Source of the DNA: Octopus sinensis
Lineage: Eukaryota
Direction: 5' to 3'
Assembly (NCBI RefSeq): GCF_006345805.1
Contig: NC_043006.1
Coordinates: 4,464,001 to 4,528,000 of the forward strand
DNA length: 64,000 bases
Shown here piece after piece: positions 12,176 to 25,623 of the stretch. The position numbers and the translations under genes are program-made. How positions within the stretch are numbered: the stretch's first letter is position 1; every line of letters begins with the position of its first letter. The notes beneath the pieces were generated by a model, which saw only the letters and a list, made by a program, of their open reading frames with translations, was not told where the DNA came from and did not search any database.

Positions 12176-12272
12176 ATGTCGGCTGACGTCCGCCAGAGCC
12201 GTGTGGCTAAAGGTGGTTTTTGGAGTTCGAAACCGAACGCCTACAGTCCAGAAACACACCAGTTATTGAAAC
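12176..12272 (+). CDS. C22orf23: UPF0193 protein EVG1 homolog, exon 1
   Basis: MSADVRQSRVAKGGFWSSKPNAYSPETHQLLK; donor gttagt, phase 1. Resembles the recalled human EVG1 N-terminus (KGTGF...YTPGTCELLR). Confidence 0.8.
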
Positions 12273-12831
12273 GTTAGTACCGTACATTTGCCTACATTTA
12301 TAATATTTCAGCAATCGTTTTTGTTTATTAATTTCCGATATCCATGAATACGTATTTTATGCTTTACGCACACGGCTGTTCAACGCATATCTGTTTTGGT
12401 TTTGCCTTTTAATATTTTAAACATTGAATATTCGTTCGCCAATACCTATGTGTGTGCGGTCCAAAACACTATCAAAAGTGAAACTATTCAGCAATTTCTA
12501 GTGGGGGAAAAAATGTGTAACACATACACAAATATATACATGCACTTAAACACATACGTACATATTCTTACATACACAAATATACAGATACACTAACACA
12601 CACAAACATAAGCGATTCAGCTGCAAAAAGAAAGAAAGAAAATAAAAACAAAAACTTTTTACGGAAATTGCCGAACAAATAGTTTCACTTTTGATAGACT
12701 TTCTCCGAAGGATGACCTTTATAAATATATATATATATTTCAACAATTGAGGGTAAAATTAATTAATTATTAATCAATTTCACCAAGTATTCAGTATGTA
12801 AAGGGACCATTTTAGGCGAATTCAAAATATT

Positions 12832-13127
12832 ACATTATATATAAGGGCTTAGTAAAATAAATTACTTTGCCACATACTGAACTCATTAGAAATGGCAGCT
12901 AAAGAAATTTCTTCAGCTATTTCTAATACTTAAAGAAGATCTCTCTCAGATAGTGTTTGCCTAAACCAACTCCCCCATACCTTTGTGAGTTGGTTTAGGC
13001 AAACACTATCTGAGAGAGATCTTCTTTAAGTATTAGAAATAGCTGAAGAAATTTCTTTAGCTGCCATTTCTAATGAGTTCAGTATGTGGCAAAGTAATTT
13101 ATTTTACTAAGCCCTTATATATAATGT
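12832..13127. repeat. Perfect palindrome / MITE-like foldback, 141-bp arms, 14-nt loop
   Basis: 12832-12972 is the exact reverse complement of 12987-13127; ends are TA-rich. Confidence 0.9.
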
Positions 13128-13150
13128 TATATATATATATTTTTATATAA

Positions 13151-13545
13151 AGGAGTGGCTGTGTGGTAAGTAGCTTGCTTACCAACCACATGGTTCCGGG
13201 TTCAGTCCCACTGCGTGGCATCTTGGGCAAGTGTCTTCTGCTATAGCCTCGAGCCGACCAAAGCCTTGTGAGTGGATTTGGTAGACGGAAACTGAAAGAA
13301 GCCCGTCGTATATATGTAAATATATATATATATATGTGTGTTTGTGTGTCTGTGTTTGTCACCCGAACATCGCTTGACAACTGATGCTGGTATGTTTACG
13401 TCCCCGTTACTTAGCGGTTCAGCAAAAGAGACCGATAGGATAAGTACTAGGCTTACAAAGAATAAGTCCTGGGGTCGATTTGCTCGACTAAAAGGCGGTG
13501 CTCCAGCATGGCCGCAGTCAAATGACTGAAACAAGTAAATGAGAA
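13151..13545 (+). mobile_element. tRNA-derived SINE family A (CORE-like ttgggcaagtg segment, internal TA/TG microsatellite)
   Basis: ggagtggctgtgtggtaagtagc...gggttcagtcccac head; gaaacaagtaaa tail. Partial or variant copies at ~13571-13720, ~13810-13910 and ~56020-56120. Confidence 0.85.
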
Positions 13546-14560
13546 AGAGAAATATATATATATATATATAGGCGCGGGCATGGCTGTGTGGTTAGGGAGC
13601 TTGCTTCCTAGCTACATGGTTTCGGGTTCAGTCCCACTGCGTGGCACTTTGGGTAGGTGTCTTCCACTATAGCCCCGAGCCGACCGGAGCTTTGTGATTG
13701 AATTCGGTAGGTGGTAGTTACTGCTGTGTGTGTATGTGTGCGTATAGCTGCTCAGTGCCTCTCCGAAAGAGAGAGAGGGATATAAAGAGAGAGAGACATA
13801 ATCGCAGGTTCGGGTGTGGTAAAAAGTTTGCTTCCCAACTACATGGTGTCACACCCTAGGCAAGTGCCTTTTAATATAGTCCCTGGCCAACCAAAGCCTT
13901 GGAAAGAAGCTTGTTATAATATATATATTATATACCTTAAATCTCTCAACTAGTACAAAGCCAGCCACGCCCCCTCAATACCACCCCCACCTCCCATTGA
14001 GGGGTTTTTGTCTTGTGAGGTACTTTATGACTCTGTCGGTGCTGGTGCCATGTAAAATGTTCTGGTGATGGTGCTACCCTAAGAGCACCCAGTACATTTT
14101 GTAAAGTGGTTGGTGTTAGGAAGGGGCCATAGAAACCATACCAAAACACAATGGAACTTGGTACAATTCCCAGCCTTGCCAGCTCCTGCCAAACCATCCA
14201 ACCCATGCCAGCATGGAAAACAGGCATTAAATGATGATGATGATGATGATGATAATCGTCGTATATATTGTATGATGTCTCCCCCACCCATCACATTTAA
14301 AAACATTTTTTTTTTCACATTTTACATTATCTTTTCTTTCTTTCCTGGTGAAAGTTTGTATTTTTTGTATCTCTTCAAGCCCCTGTGGCTAATAAACAAA
14401 AGATCATCATCATCATCATCATCAATTATTATTTGGTTTGGCCAAAGTTTGGTCTTATTCCTGGTAAGAATTGTGTGGATAGCAGGTTACTGCCTGAAAC
14501 CTTAGGTATCCATAAGTTTTCAGCAGTCTTTCAAGTGCTAAGAACCCTTATTATTATTAT

Positions 14561-14948
14561 TACTAGCAGTATCGCCCGGCATTGCTCGGGTTTGTTTCGA
14601 CCCTTTAGAATTGGAATTTTTGAAAAGTAATTTGGCATTATGTAGCTTGTTATTCTCTTTAAGTGAACATTTTTCCGGTTGAAATACACCGAAAAATGGC
14701 GACACAGAAGTCAAAATAATTGTAAAAAATAGGGATTTTCATAGAAAAAAGGACCTTTTTGATGTAAATAATTTTTGGTGTTAACATGGTCCGATTTGAA
14801 TTTTTTCTTCTACGAAATGAAGAGCAAGCTTTCTTCTATTATACTCTCAATTTTGGTCAACTTGCGATGCAGGGTCTCAAAGGAGATAGCGTTAGTTGAA
14901 GGCTACCAAACCTGTCACACACAGACAACTTCAGCTTTATATAGAGAG
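14561..14948 (+). mobile_element. Non-autonomous Helitron/Helentron-like element
   Basis: Starts tactagcagtatcgcccgg and ends acagacaacttcagctttatatagagag, the terminal pattern of Lep1/DINE-like elements (recalled, not searched). Confidence 0.5.
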
Positions 14949-15328
14949 AGATTACAAGGTGGTGAGCTGGCAGAATTGTTAGCATGCCGGGAGAAATGCT
15001 TAGCGGTATTTCGTCTGTTGTTATGAGTTCAAATTCCACTGAGGTTGACTTTGCCTTTCATCCTTTTGGGGTCGGTAAAATAAGTACCAGTTGAGCACTG
15101 GGGTTGATGTAATCAACTATCCCCCAGCCCCAAAATTTCAGGCCTTGTGCCAATAGCAGAAAGAATTATTATTGTTATTATTATTATTCAGTAGTTTTAT
15201 TTTTATATCATGCTTTCACTTCACTACTGAGCGCAGGTCTGTGTGCCTTGGGTATGTGCTGTAGTTTGTTGTGATGCTCTTATGGTTACTGTATTGAAAG
15301 CGTTTTGTGTAGGATGTGTGCAGTGCCC

Positions 15329-15359
<31 letters not shown>

Positions 15360-15366
<7 letters not shown>

Positions 15367-15748
15367 CCGTTTAACGTCCACTTTCCATGCTAGCATGGGT
15401 TGGACGGTTCAACTGGGGTCTGGAAAGCCCGAAGGCTGCACCAGGCCAGTCAGATCTGGCAGTGTTTCTACAGCTGGATGCCCTTCCTAATGCCAACCAC
15501 TCCATGAGTGTAGTGGGTGCTTTTTATGTGCCACCGACACAGGTGCCAGATGAGGCTGGCGAATGGCCACGCTCGGATGGTGTTTTTTTTGTGCCACCGA
15601 CACAGGTGCCAGACGAGGCTGGCGAACGGTCACGCTCGGATGGTGTTTTTTACGTGCCACCGGCATGGAGGCCAGGCGAGGCTGGCACAGCCACGATCGG
15701 ATGGTGTTTGTTACGTGCCCACAGCACGGAGGCTAGTCAATGCAGCAC
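15360..15748 (-). mobile_element. Abundant non-LTR retroposon family with (ATG)n tail and internal ~60-bp subrepeats (RTE-related, family D)
   Basis: catcatcgtttaacgtcc...ctggatgcccttcctaacgccaaccactcc motif. Other copies (approximate): 14040-14250, 18470-18810, 24950-25265, 28690-29115, 29785-30065, 32530-32670, 34450-34850, 38575-38990, 40125-40400, 47880-48135, 48865-49135, 56565-57000, 60160-60590, 61380-61760, in both orientations. Confidence 0.75.
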
Positions 15749-15798
15749 TGTATTATTATTATTATTATTATTTTAATTATTATTATTATAACTTCCAG

Positions 15799-15861
15799 AA
15801 ATGATGCAGGAAGCGAAATTGACAAACTTTCAGAAAAAACACTTAGAAGAAACTGTCCAAA
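15799..15861 (+). CDS. C22orf23: EVG1 homolog, exon 2
   Basis: ttccag|...|gtgagt; MMQEAKLTNFQKKHLEETVQ, compare human MMKESKLTNIQQRHI; phase 1/1. Confidence 0.88.
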
Positions 15862-16197
15862 GTGAGTAAAGTATTTCATTTATGTGTGAGTGTGTCCATA
15901 AATGTATCTCTAATTACCAATGTTAATTGGTGTCTCAATTTACATCTGTTTACATCAAATGGTAACGTGTCCATTCAATAAATAGAAATCCATAAAACAA
16001 ACACCAAATTGGAGTATGGTCAATATGACCAGATAAAATCCTTGAAGGAGTGTCCCAGGATGGCCATTGTCCAATAACTAAAAACCAATAAACAAATAAA
16101 AGAATATATTATTTGGTGATCAGTGAATAAACTGAGAAATAGATTTATATATTTACGAAGTCGAGACAGATATCTTCAGCTAGCAGGCCTCTGCTAC

Positions 16198-16244
16198 TCT
16201 AGACCGATGATGGGCAAAGACCCTGAAACATGCGTGTCTCTAGA
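16198..16244 (+). ncRNA. Type I hammerhead ribozyme motif capping a long hairpin
   Basis: tctaga-CCGAUGA-tggg caaaga ccct-GAAA-catgcgtg-UC-tctaga. Stem I is 6/6, stem III has 3-4 bp, GUC site after 16238. Deviations: U4->C and a U-U mismatch at the base of stem II. Confidence 0.7.
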
Positions 16245-16529
16245 TGCAGGCCTAGCTGTTGGGGGTATTTGTCTCCTCTTCGTAAATATATAAGGACACA
16301 GTAAGTGTGTCGAAGCCGACAGGAAGCGTCGATGCTTCCTAGGGCTAAACAGCGGTGGTGTAATTGCCTTTACGGGACTGTCACGTTAAGTTGACAGTAT
16401 ACAACCACAATATATTATTTGTTTATTGTAAAATATTAAGGCCTCTGCCTGAAAGTGAAAAACACATTCATGCATCATTCAGACCTCAACCCATCGCACC
16501 TCTCAAACTGATGCTTCTGGATTCTTGCT

Positions 16530-18300
16530 AAAAACAAAACCCCGCTAACTTTGCGGTGTCATCCTCTTTTTCTCTACTTCTCAATAATGAAGGTTCTGTT
16601 TGCAATACTGCCTTCCCCCTTGGGAGAAAGTTTCCACCTTTGCTACACACTTTGCAGCCAATTCCACATGACATGCCATTGATAAATCTCTTTCAAAATC
16701 TAGTCCCTTCTACCCCCCCCCCAGTTCTGTCATCTGGCATACACACACATACATAAAATATCTCTGAGCCCTTTAAACCAAACAAGCACCAACCTTAACA
16801 ATGTCCCTTCCATTGCTCTCAAATATTGCACCTTGAGATTACTCCTATATTCAACAAACTCTTTAATCTCTCCTTTGCCACAGGAATACCAACTGATCTT
16901 TGGGATCATGCTACAGTGTGTCCTTTTCGTAAGAAAGACACTCCCTGACCTTTCCAGCTATTGTCCCTTTGTACTCAATTCCAATATCTCAAAGGTAAGA
17001 GAAACAGGCATTAATAACAATGTTCTTGAAGCACCCTCTCTCACCTTAGTGATGACCAGTGTGGTTCCATGGAGCCAGACCCAGTGACAACTAGTCTCAT
17101 ATCTCACTCATCAGATGCTTTCACATGAGAGAAAGTGAGTGAAAGTGATGTCAGTTTAGACATCAGCAAGGCCTTCCACATGCGAATCTCTTGTGGGTTC
17201 CACCTGTCTGCCATTTCCTGAATCAGTAGCTTCCTATCTGGGAATGTGGTGATGGATCTTTTTCTCTCCTTAAACTCTGTCACCTTTGGTGTGCCTCAAG
17301 GGTTTCATTTTATCTCCCTCTCTCATCCTTCTGTACATCAATGTCCTAATTGTGGTCATATCCAAATACACCCACTGTTAAGCATATGACACAACCCTTT
17401 GTTCTGCCCGAACCTTCCCCTACCACACACCATTCACACACAACCTGGACACTATGCACCAAACCTATGCAGGTTCCATGAAAGGAAACCTTAAATGGAG
17501 ACTTACCAATCTCGTCTCCTTCGCTAGTAATAAACACTGGCACTTTCCATGTCAAGACAGCATCATTGCACCCACCCCATCAGCGAAAACCTTGAAAATG
17601 TTCTTCAGTGGGACCATGCTAACCTTGTTTCTTTTAACAGCAAAAACCTCAAGTACTACTCATATCAAGGACCCTCTCTCTCCCCACCTCCAATATTAAT
17701 GGCACTCAAAGCTTTTATGGTCTCTCCTGGAGAAAGCACAGCTTTAACATAGCTAGGACTATATCCCAAATGTTGGCTTTACTCTTCAGAGCCAGAAGAT
17801 ACTTCAGCCTCCTAATAGCTGCTGACACTACAGAAAGCTCAAGTGAGGCCCACAATGAATTACTGCTACTATTCACACTGACCTCTTGGACAGCATCCAA
17901 AGCAGGGCCGCTTGACTGTTTGGGGTATAATCACTTATGTACATATTCCAACCTCTGGCCTACAAGTATGTTATTTTTTTTTTTTTTTGCTGTCTTTTCT
18001 TTCATTCCTATAATGACTTCTGTTCCTTAGAGCTCGCTAATCTTGTACCTCCACTAATTAAGCAACCCAAATCTACTCATCAACTTTGTTGTGTTCAAAC
18101 CCCTTGGTCTTGTACTATGCACTGTGCCTAGTCCTTCCTCTCCAGAGCTTCAGTACTCTGGAATTTTTTTCTTGGTTATAATGTTTCTTACAGTTTGATC
18201 TGCAACAGTTTAAAAGGGACATTGATGGAATCAATCTCACCAGTTTTGGAGGTCTTGCAAAGGAGGTGGACACTGCCCCTTCCTTCAAATTCACCAAAAA
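16530..18300 (+). mobile_element. Degenerate CR1/L2/Jockey-group LINE RT fragment
   Basis: Decayed motifs: ttagacatcagcaaggccttc (LDISKAF), ggtgtgcctcaaggg (GVPQG) and a YADD-like remnant near 17385; many stops and frameshifts. Confidence 0.65.
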
Positions 18301-21300
18301 AATAAATAAATAAAATAATAATACCACAAAATATTTTGTCTGAAAGTCTACCGAATGATGTTGCCACCCCACTGCTTTCATACAATACAGTATTTCATCT
18401 CATGTTCTAACATTACTTTTACCATTTCCTTATTCCAATCTCAAGCAGCATTTTGACTGGTACATCATCATCATCATTGTTTAACGTCCACTTTCCATGC
18501 TGGCATGGGTTGGACGGTTCAACTGGGGTCTGGGAAGCCAGAAGGCTGCACTAGGCCCAGTCTGATCTGGCAATGTTTCTACGGCTGGATGCCCTTCCTA
18601 ACGCCAACCACTCCGTGAATGTAGTGGGTGCTTTTTACGTGCCAGACAAGGCTGGCAAATGGCCACGATCGGCTGGTGCTTTTTACGTGCCACTGGCACG
18701 GAGGCCAGTCGGGGCGGCGCTGGCAACAGCCACGTTCGGATGGTTCTCTTACGTGCCACCAGCATTGGTATCACAGCTACAATTTCCATTGATGTTGATT
18801 GATTTCGATTTTGATTGATTTTGATTTTGATTGATTGAATATTAGAAATTAAGAATATTAGAAATTAAGAATATTAGAAATTCACTGTTTTAATATCACA
18901 AGACATTTTCTCTGCTATTCTGCTGACATAACACTTTCACCATTCTATTAATGTATGACAAAATGGTAAGTTGGCAGAACTGTTAGCATGCCTGGTAAAC
19001 GCTTAGTGGCATTTCGTCTGTCTTTACCTTCTGAGTTCAAATTCCGCTGAGGTCAACATTGCCTTTTGTCCTTTTGAGGTCAATAAAATAAGTACCAGTT
19101 GAACGCTGGGGTCAATGTAATCGACTAGCCCCTTCCCCAAGACTGCTGGCCTTGTGACAAAACATGAAACCAATATATGACATCGTGTAATGTTCTTCTG
19201 ATATTGTCAAAGATATTTTCCTTGGAACTCTGCTGTGTTATTTCTGTTAACACACAACAGATTCTCTCTTATGCTCTCTTGATGTTACAAATCCACTGTT
19301 CTTATGCCACAAACTATTTTGTCTAGCATGCTACTACAGTCGGTTCATTGCTCAAATACACCTTTGCCAAATTCTCTACCGATATTCTCAATCCAATATT
19401 TTAATATCGCAGCATATTTTGTGATACTCTTCCGATATTTTGCTGTTTTAATGCCAAAAAAATAGTTGTCAGATGCTTTACTGATAATGGAAATTCCTTG
19501 TTCTAGTACCACAAACACTACTAATATTGATGATACGCTGTTCCAGTACAACAAGACACTTTCTCTGATGCAGTAATTATATTGCCAGCGTCCACCATTC
19601 TAATACAACAAGGTATTTTCCCTGACCAATTTTACCAGTTAACATTCAATTAACACAAGATATTTTTTCTGACATCCCACCAATGCTGCCAACCCACTGT
19701 TCTTACAGTATCAAGTACAATGTCTAACACAGTCACTAATATTACTAGTTCAATGCCATAATTTTGTTTGCTATTTTACTGATTATTGCCAATGTTTGTT
19801 CCATAACCCCCAGGCATTTTGTTTGATACCCTTTGAAATTTGCCAATTGACTGTTGCTATACTTATTTCTTTACTGCCCACAAGGGGCTAAACACAGACA
19901 GGACAAACAAGGACAGACAAAGGGATTAAGTCGATTATAACGACCCCAGTGTGTAACTGGTACTTATTTAATTGACCCCGAAAGAATGAAAGGCAAAGTC
20001 GACCGCAACAGAATTTGAACTCAGAACGTAGCGGCAGATGAAATACCTATTTCTTTACTACCCACAAGGGGCTAAACACAGAGAGGAAAAACAAGGACAG
20101 ACAAACGGATTAAGTCGATTATAACGACCCCAGTGCTTAACTGGTACTTATTTAATTGACCCCGAAAAGATGAAAGGCAAAGTCGACCTCAGCGGAATTT
20201 GAACTCAGAACGTAGCAGCAGACAAAATACCGCTAAGCATTTCGCCTGGCGCGCTAACGTTTCTGCCAACACGCCACCATCCAGCATTTTGCTATACCAT
20301 CCAATATTTTGCCTGATAGTGCCTATAATAACATGAAATAATTACTCTGACTATTTTGCTTATAAGATGAGTTAGATTAACATTCTCATAATACCATTTT
20401 ATCAAGATAAATATTACCAATTTACTGTTGCAATACTGTCAGTCATTTTGTCTGATGTTCTAAGGATATTGGCAATTCCTTATTTCAATACCACAAGGCA
20501 TTTTATGCATTACACAACTGTTTTTTAAGACCACAAGACTTCTTATCTGATTCTCTGCTAATTTTATTAACCCATTGTTCCTAACACAATATATTTGATC
20601 CAACACTTTGCCAACTTAACTCACAATTAATACCACAAACCATTTCCTCTGACACCCCACAGATATTGCCGATCCTCTCTTTTAATACTAAATGATATTG
20701 ACTCTTAAGCTTTTCTAATATTGATTTCAATTTTTGGCACAAGGCCAGCAATTTCAGGGGAAGAGCTAAGTTGATTGCATCAGTCTCAGTACTCAACTGG
20801 TACTTATTTTTTTGACATTGAAAGGACAAAAGGCAAAGTTGACCTCTGCAGAATTTGAACTTAGAACATAAAGACAAGACAAAATGCTGCTAAGCATTTT
20901 GCTTGGCATGTTAACGTTTCTGCCAGCTCACCACTTTATGCTTTTGTAACACTGATTTCAAATTTTTGGCACAGCGCCAGCAATTTAGCACATTTTCCAC
21001 TTGAAGAATTAGTGCCAACAGATCACCATTTGAGTTGAAATCAGCCTTCACACCAAAGTGTATTTGGATAAACAAATTGGCAGGCTTGGTTGGGTACCGG
21101 AACTTTACCAATATCTTTCACTCTGCATTTCTATTCCCTATGTCTAAAGGAAAAATTGGTAAAGTGTGAGTCTCTGCTCTCTGCAATTCTTCTGCAACAA
21201 CTGTCTGCACTAATGATGATAACTGTGGTATCTCAACCAGATCTAATTCCACATTGAGACTCTGTAACAGTGATGGAGCATATGGATGTTTGCACTTGAT

Positions 21301-21828
21301 GCAATAAAAGTCTGGTGAATATATCATACCAACAAGTCAGTAAATACCATAAAAGTTACCAGAGCTGGACTTGGCACCTTTTCGTTTGTTCAGTGAAATC
21401 AGTCTTTTGTCTCTCCAATCTTGAGGAACTAACGAGTCATTTCATATAGTGACTGTTAGTGTGGGCACAAGATCAGCCACTACATCACCCCCAAATACCT
21501 ATTTCTTTATCACCCACAAGGGGCTAAACATAAAGAAGACAAACAAGGACAGACAAATGGATTAAGTTGATTATATCGACCCCAGTGCATAACTGGTACT
21601 TATTTAATCGACCCCGAAAGGATAAAAGGCAAAATCGACCTCGGCAGAATTCGAACTCAGAACATAACGGCAGACGAAATGCCACTAAGCATTTCGCCCG
21701 GCGTGCTAACGATTCTGCCAGCTTGCCGTCCTTCACCCACAAATACCATGCTTAATATGTGTGTGTGTGTATGTAGTAATATTGTTTAGGTTTTGCATCA
21801 ATTTCTATAATTTCTTTGTACTTTTCAG

Positions 21829-21928
21829 ATGGTGCCTGCTTACCAGTTACCTGCAGTCCTTCTAGCAGTGAACCCCAGCAGTGTAGGAGTGATTCGCCGC
21901 CAAAACTAAAATCTAGTTACAATTATAC
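21829..21928 (+). CDS. C22orf23: EVG1 homolog, exon 3
   Basis: ttttcag|...|gtaaga; GACLPVTCSPSSSEPQQ, compare human GDALPLQCSPTSS; phase 1/2. Confidence 0.85.
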
Positions 21929-24900
21929 GTAAGAAATATGAAATTTGATTAACATTCATTGCTGCTGTTACTTAGCCCAAGACCAACACTGATTGAGCAG
22001 TTCTCTGATCAAAGGCATTCCAACCATGACCACCCTTTCTTTAGGTACTATGTTGGGCTATAATTATCTAATGTGTCCTTTCCTTATTTTAGATGGTTGG
22101 GTGTGATTTGGAGAAGTCTTAGCTGCCATTTCTCATAGGTCGAGTGACTGTCAAGAGATTCACTTTCAGAATGGTCCCTTTGTAGAAACTGTAGAACACT
22201 TAACCAAATGTTTTAATTTTGTCCCTCTGTGATCTAGGTTCAAATCTCACAAGAACTAACTTTGACTTCCATTACTGAAGAATCAGTAAAACAAAGCACC
22301 AGGATTGTTTCGTTTGACTTTATATATCTTCTCTACAAACTTGTGCTTCCATGTTCATGTAGTAAATTGTTGTATTGTGAAGGAGGTTGGATAAGGAATG
22401 CATTCAATCATGTCAGGTGGATGGCAGAATCAGCTGAGTGTCAAACAAAATATATTTGGTTATGACCCTTCACATTCTGAGTTCAAATCCTGCCAAGCTC
22501 TATTTTGCCTTCCATTTTGTTAAGGCTTGTAAAATAAGCATCATTTGACTATACCCAAGAAAGCAGTGCCCCAGTATGCCCACAGTCCCATGAAGAAAAA
22601 CCAAATTACTTGAGCTTGGTTTTGATTTAAGCAAAGCCTTCAACTGTGTCTTGGAGGGCAACTTAGTTCCAAGATAAGTTACATGCCATGCAGGGATATG
22701 ATGTGTGTAGAGTATGACAGAGGGATAGAAGAAGTGAAAGGTGTCATTCAAAGTAAATGGAATTTGTAGAAGAGAGAGCAAAACAAAAACTAGGAAGAGA
22801 TGGAATGAAATAAAGAAGACTTCAATATAATTGGTGTGATAATAAAATGCACCCATTACATTCTGTAAAGTGGTTATAGCAAACATTGGGTTAAAAGGGT
22901 CAGAATAAGAACTGACTCCCAGTCAGGACAACTCATGCCAACATGGGAAGCATACATAAAAATGATGACAATGGCAACAATGATGATGATGATGATGATG
23001 ACAACGACACTGCCACTGAGGATAATGTCTTGATGGCTGTTGATGACTTGAATCTTTTTCTTATTTACAAGTTTCTTTTCTTTTATATTTATGTGTGATA
23101 AGAAGATGCATTCCCTTAACATTTGGATACACCTAGCTTCACAGTTGAAATACATGAGTCAGATAGAAGACAGGGGGTTACAGAACCCCACAATAAAATA
23201 AAATCTATGATGAGCAGAGTACTAAATGCAGCTTTTGTATAAGAGAGAAACTAAGGCTTTTTTTTACTTTAATCTTTAATCTTATTCTTATTTTTTACTT
23301 ATTCTTATATTTTTATTATTTTTTATTTATTCTTATATTTTACTTATTTAATCTTATTTTTTACTTTAAACTTTTTTCTTATTTACAATTTTTTTTATAT
23401 TTATGAGTGATGAGAAGATGCATTCCCTTAACATTTGGATATGCCTAGCTTCACAGTTGAAATACATGAGTCAGATAGAAGAGAGGGGGTTATGGAACTC
23501 CACAATAAAATGAAATCTGTGGTGAGCAGAGTACTAAATGCAGCTTTTGTATAAAAGAGAAACTAAGACTTCTTTTTTTACCTTGACAGTTTGCCATTCT
23601 TTTGTAGCGGGCTAAATGTGAGATGCCATATCAAGTTGATATGATGTAACCCACTACCAAATGTAGCGTGTAGGTGTAATGCGTGAAGATTCTTGCGTCG
23701 GAGTACCAGTAAACATCAAAGAATCAACACCAAGAAGGAAGAACTATTATTTACATACATTTATTCATTTTCCTTACAGGGAGTTGAAAAGACAGTAGTA
23801 ATTGTAGTGACAGTGTAGAAAAAGGTTGGCTCACTGGTTAGTAGTTGGTAGTTATGTAGAAGTTGCCTGTCAGTAGAGAGTGAAAGAGTAAAGAATGCAC
23901 TGTGCTGACTAGAAAGGAAGAAAGGATAAAGATGGCATCGTCTTTCTTGCAGCCAAAAGCTTCTGTTTGTACATCAAGCTAAGGGTGAAGGGAAGTGTTG
24001 CTCTTGGTCATGGCTGATGTAGAAGAGCATTTTGCTCCTTGATCTGCTGACACAAAAAAGAGGAATTGATCTCTGTTATAAAGACTGTGGTCAGTAATGT
24101 AGGTCAAACCCTAAACAAAGGACTAAACAGGTCCTAGGGCACCAAGTGTTTCCTCAACAATCTTCTAGTATGGAGAGGACTTCCTGCTCATTCGTTTTGA
24201 CAAGCAACAAGCGGGTGGATTTGGTTTCAAATCTCAGGTAGGGTCAAGCTAGATCCCTACACCTTTCATCATTTCAGAATTTTAGTATTCCACTGCCTGA
24301 CCAGACATAGACTGACCATGGTTCTCTGCTTAATCTGCTCACCATTTCAGTATCTACCGTGCTGCCAGCTTGTAGTAATAATCCTGCCATCCATCTACCA
24401 CCCCTTTCACTTTTATTTTCTTTTGTTATGGGAAATGGTCTGCCTTTGTCATTCAGTTTATTTTAAGCCTTTAATAATATTTGGTTGTATATTATGGTTG
24501 CAAATGCTAGCTATTAATATTTACATATCAGTTGCCAAGAATGTGTTTAATATGTAAATTGGTTTATCCAATAGTGTTATATCGCTAAACTTAGTGAGTA
24601 TTTAAGCATTGCATTTGTGGATAGCTGATGGGTTGGATGCGATGCTGATGAAAGAGCAATAACGCTTGAAATATGCATCTACACTCATTACCTATATTTT
24701 CTATCTTTGATTGCATTGTTCTACATAGATGTATTTGTATACAAAACATTGTAATCTCAAGTGCTGGCACTGAATTCTATAGAAAAATCTGTAGAGATAA
24801 ACTTAAAGATGAGAACATTGCACTGCTAACACAAAAGTAATGTACAATATTTAAAGTCAATATTGACTTTAAGCCTTTAATATTCTTGGTAGTATTGGTG

Positions 24901-25388
24901 TGGTTGCAAAATGAAACACTGTGTCCTTACTAGCAGTCAATAAAGTTTATTGTTTCTGGCACGTAAAAGGGCACCATTCGAGCGTGATAGTTACCAACGT
25001 CGCCTTACTAGCATGTGTGCCGGTGGCATGTGTAAAAAGATTTAACCGAGGTCGTTGCCAGTACCACCTGACTGGCCCCCGTGCCGGTGGCACGTAAAAA
25101 GCACCCGCTACACTCTCGGATTGGTTGGCGTTAGGAAAGGCATCCAGCTGTAGAAACTCTGCCAGATCAAGACTGGAGCCTGGTGCAGCCATCTGGTTCA
25201 CCAGCCCTCAGTCAAAATCGTCCAACCCATGCTAGCATGGAAAGCGGACGTTAAACAATGATGATGAATGAAGCAACTAGATGTTCAAGAAAGTACCGAG
25301 TAAAAATACAACTGGATTGGGCAAAGTAAACTAAGTTCTTTTTGTCATGTTTTTAATGCCAATACACACACATACACACTCTCTTTTA

Positions 25389-25419
<31 letters not shown>

Positions 25420-25472
25420 TGTTAGTTTTCTTCTTTTCTTCATTTTTTCTACTAAATGCTGTTGTTACACAG

Positions 25473-25546
25473 TGGGAAAAGAACTCGGCAAACAATGGAA
25501 GCCATGGGTGCTTACAAGATTGATTCATATCGACCGAAACCTGGAA
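25473..25546 (+). CDS. C22orf23: EVG1 homolog, exon 4
   Basis: acacag|...|gtgagt; GKRTRQTMEAMGAYKIDSYRPKPG; phase 2/1 keeps the frame. Confidence 0.85.
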
Positions 25547-25623
25547 GTGAGTTGACTGTCTTTTAATTGTTGTTTTTGTCTAGTTTCAGCATATCTCTAA
25601 TTAGTAAGATCTTTAATTAAAGG

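Noticed and set aside
23590-24320. Possible old retroelement fragment
   Set aside because: No motif could be reconstructed with confidence.
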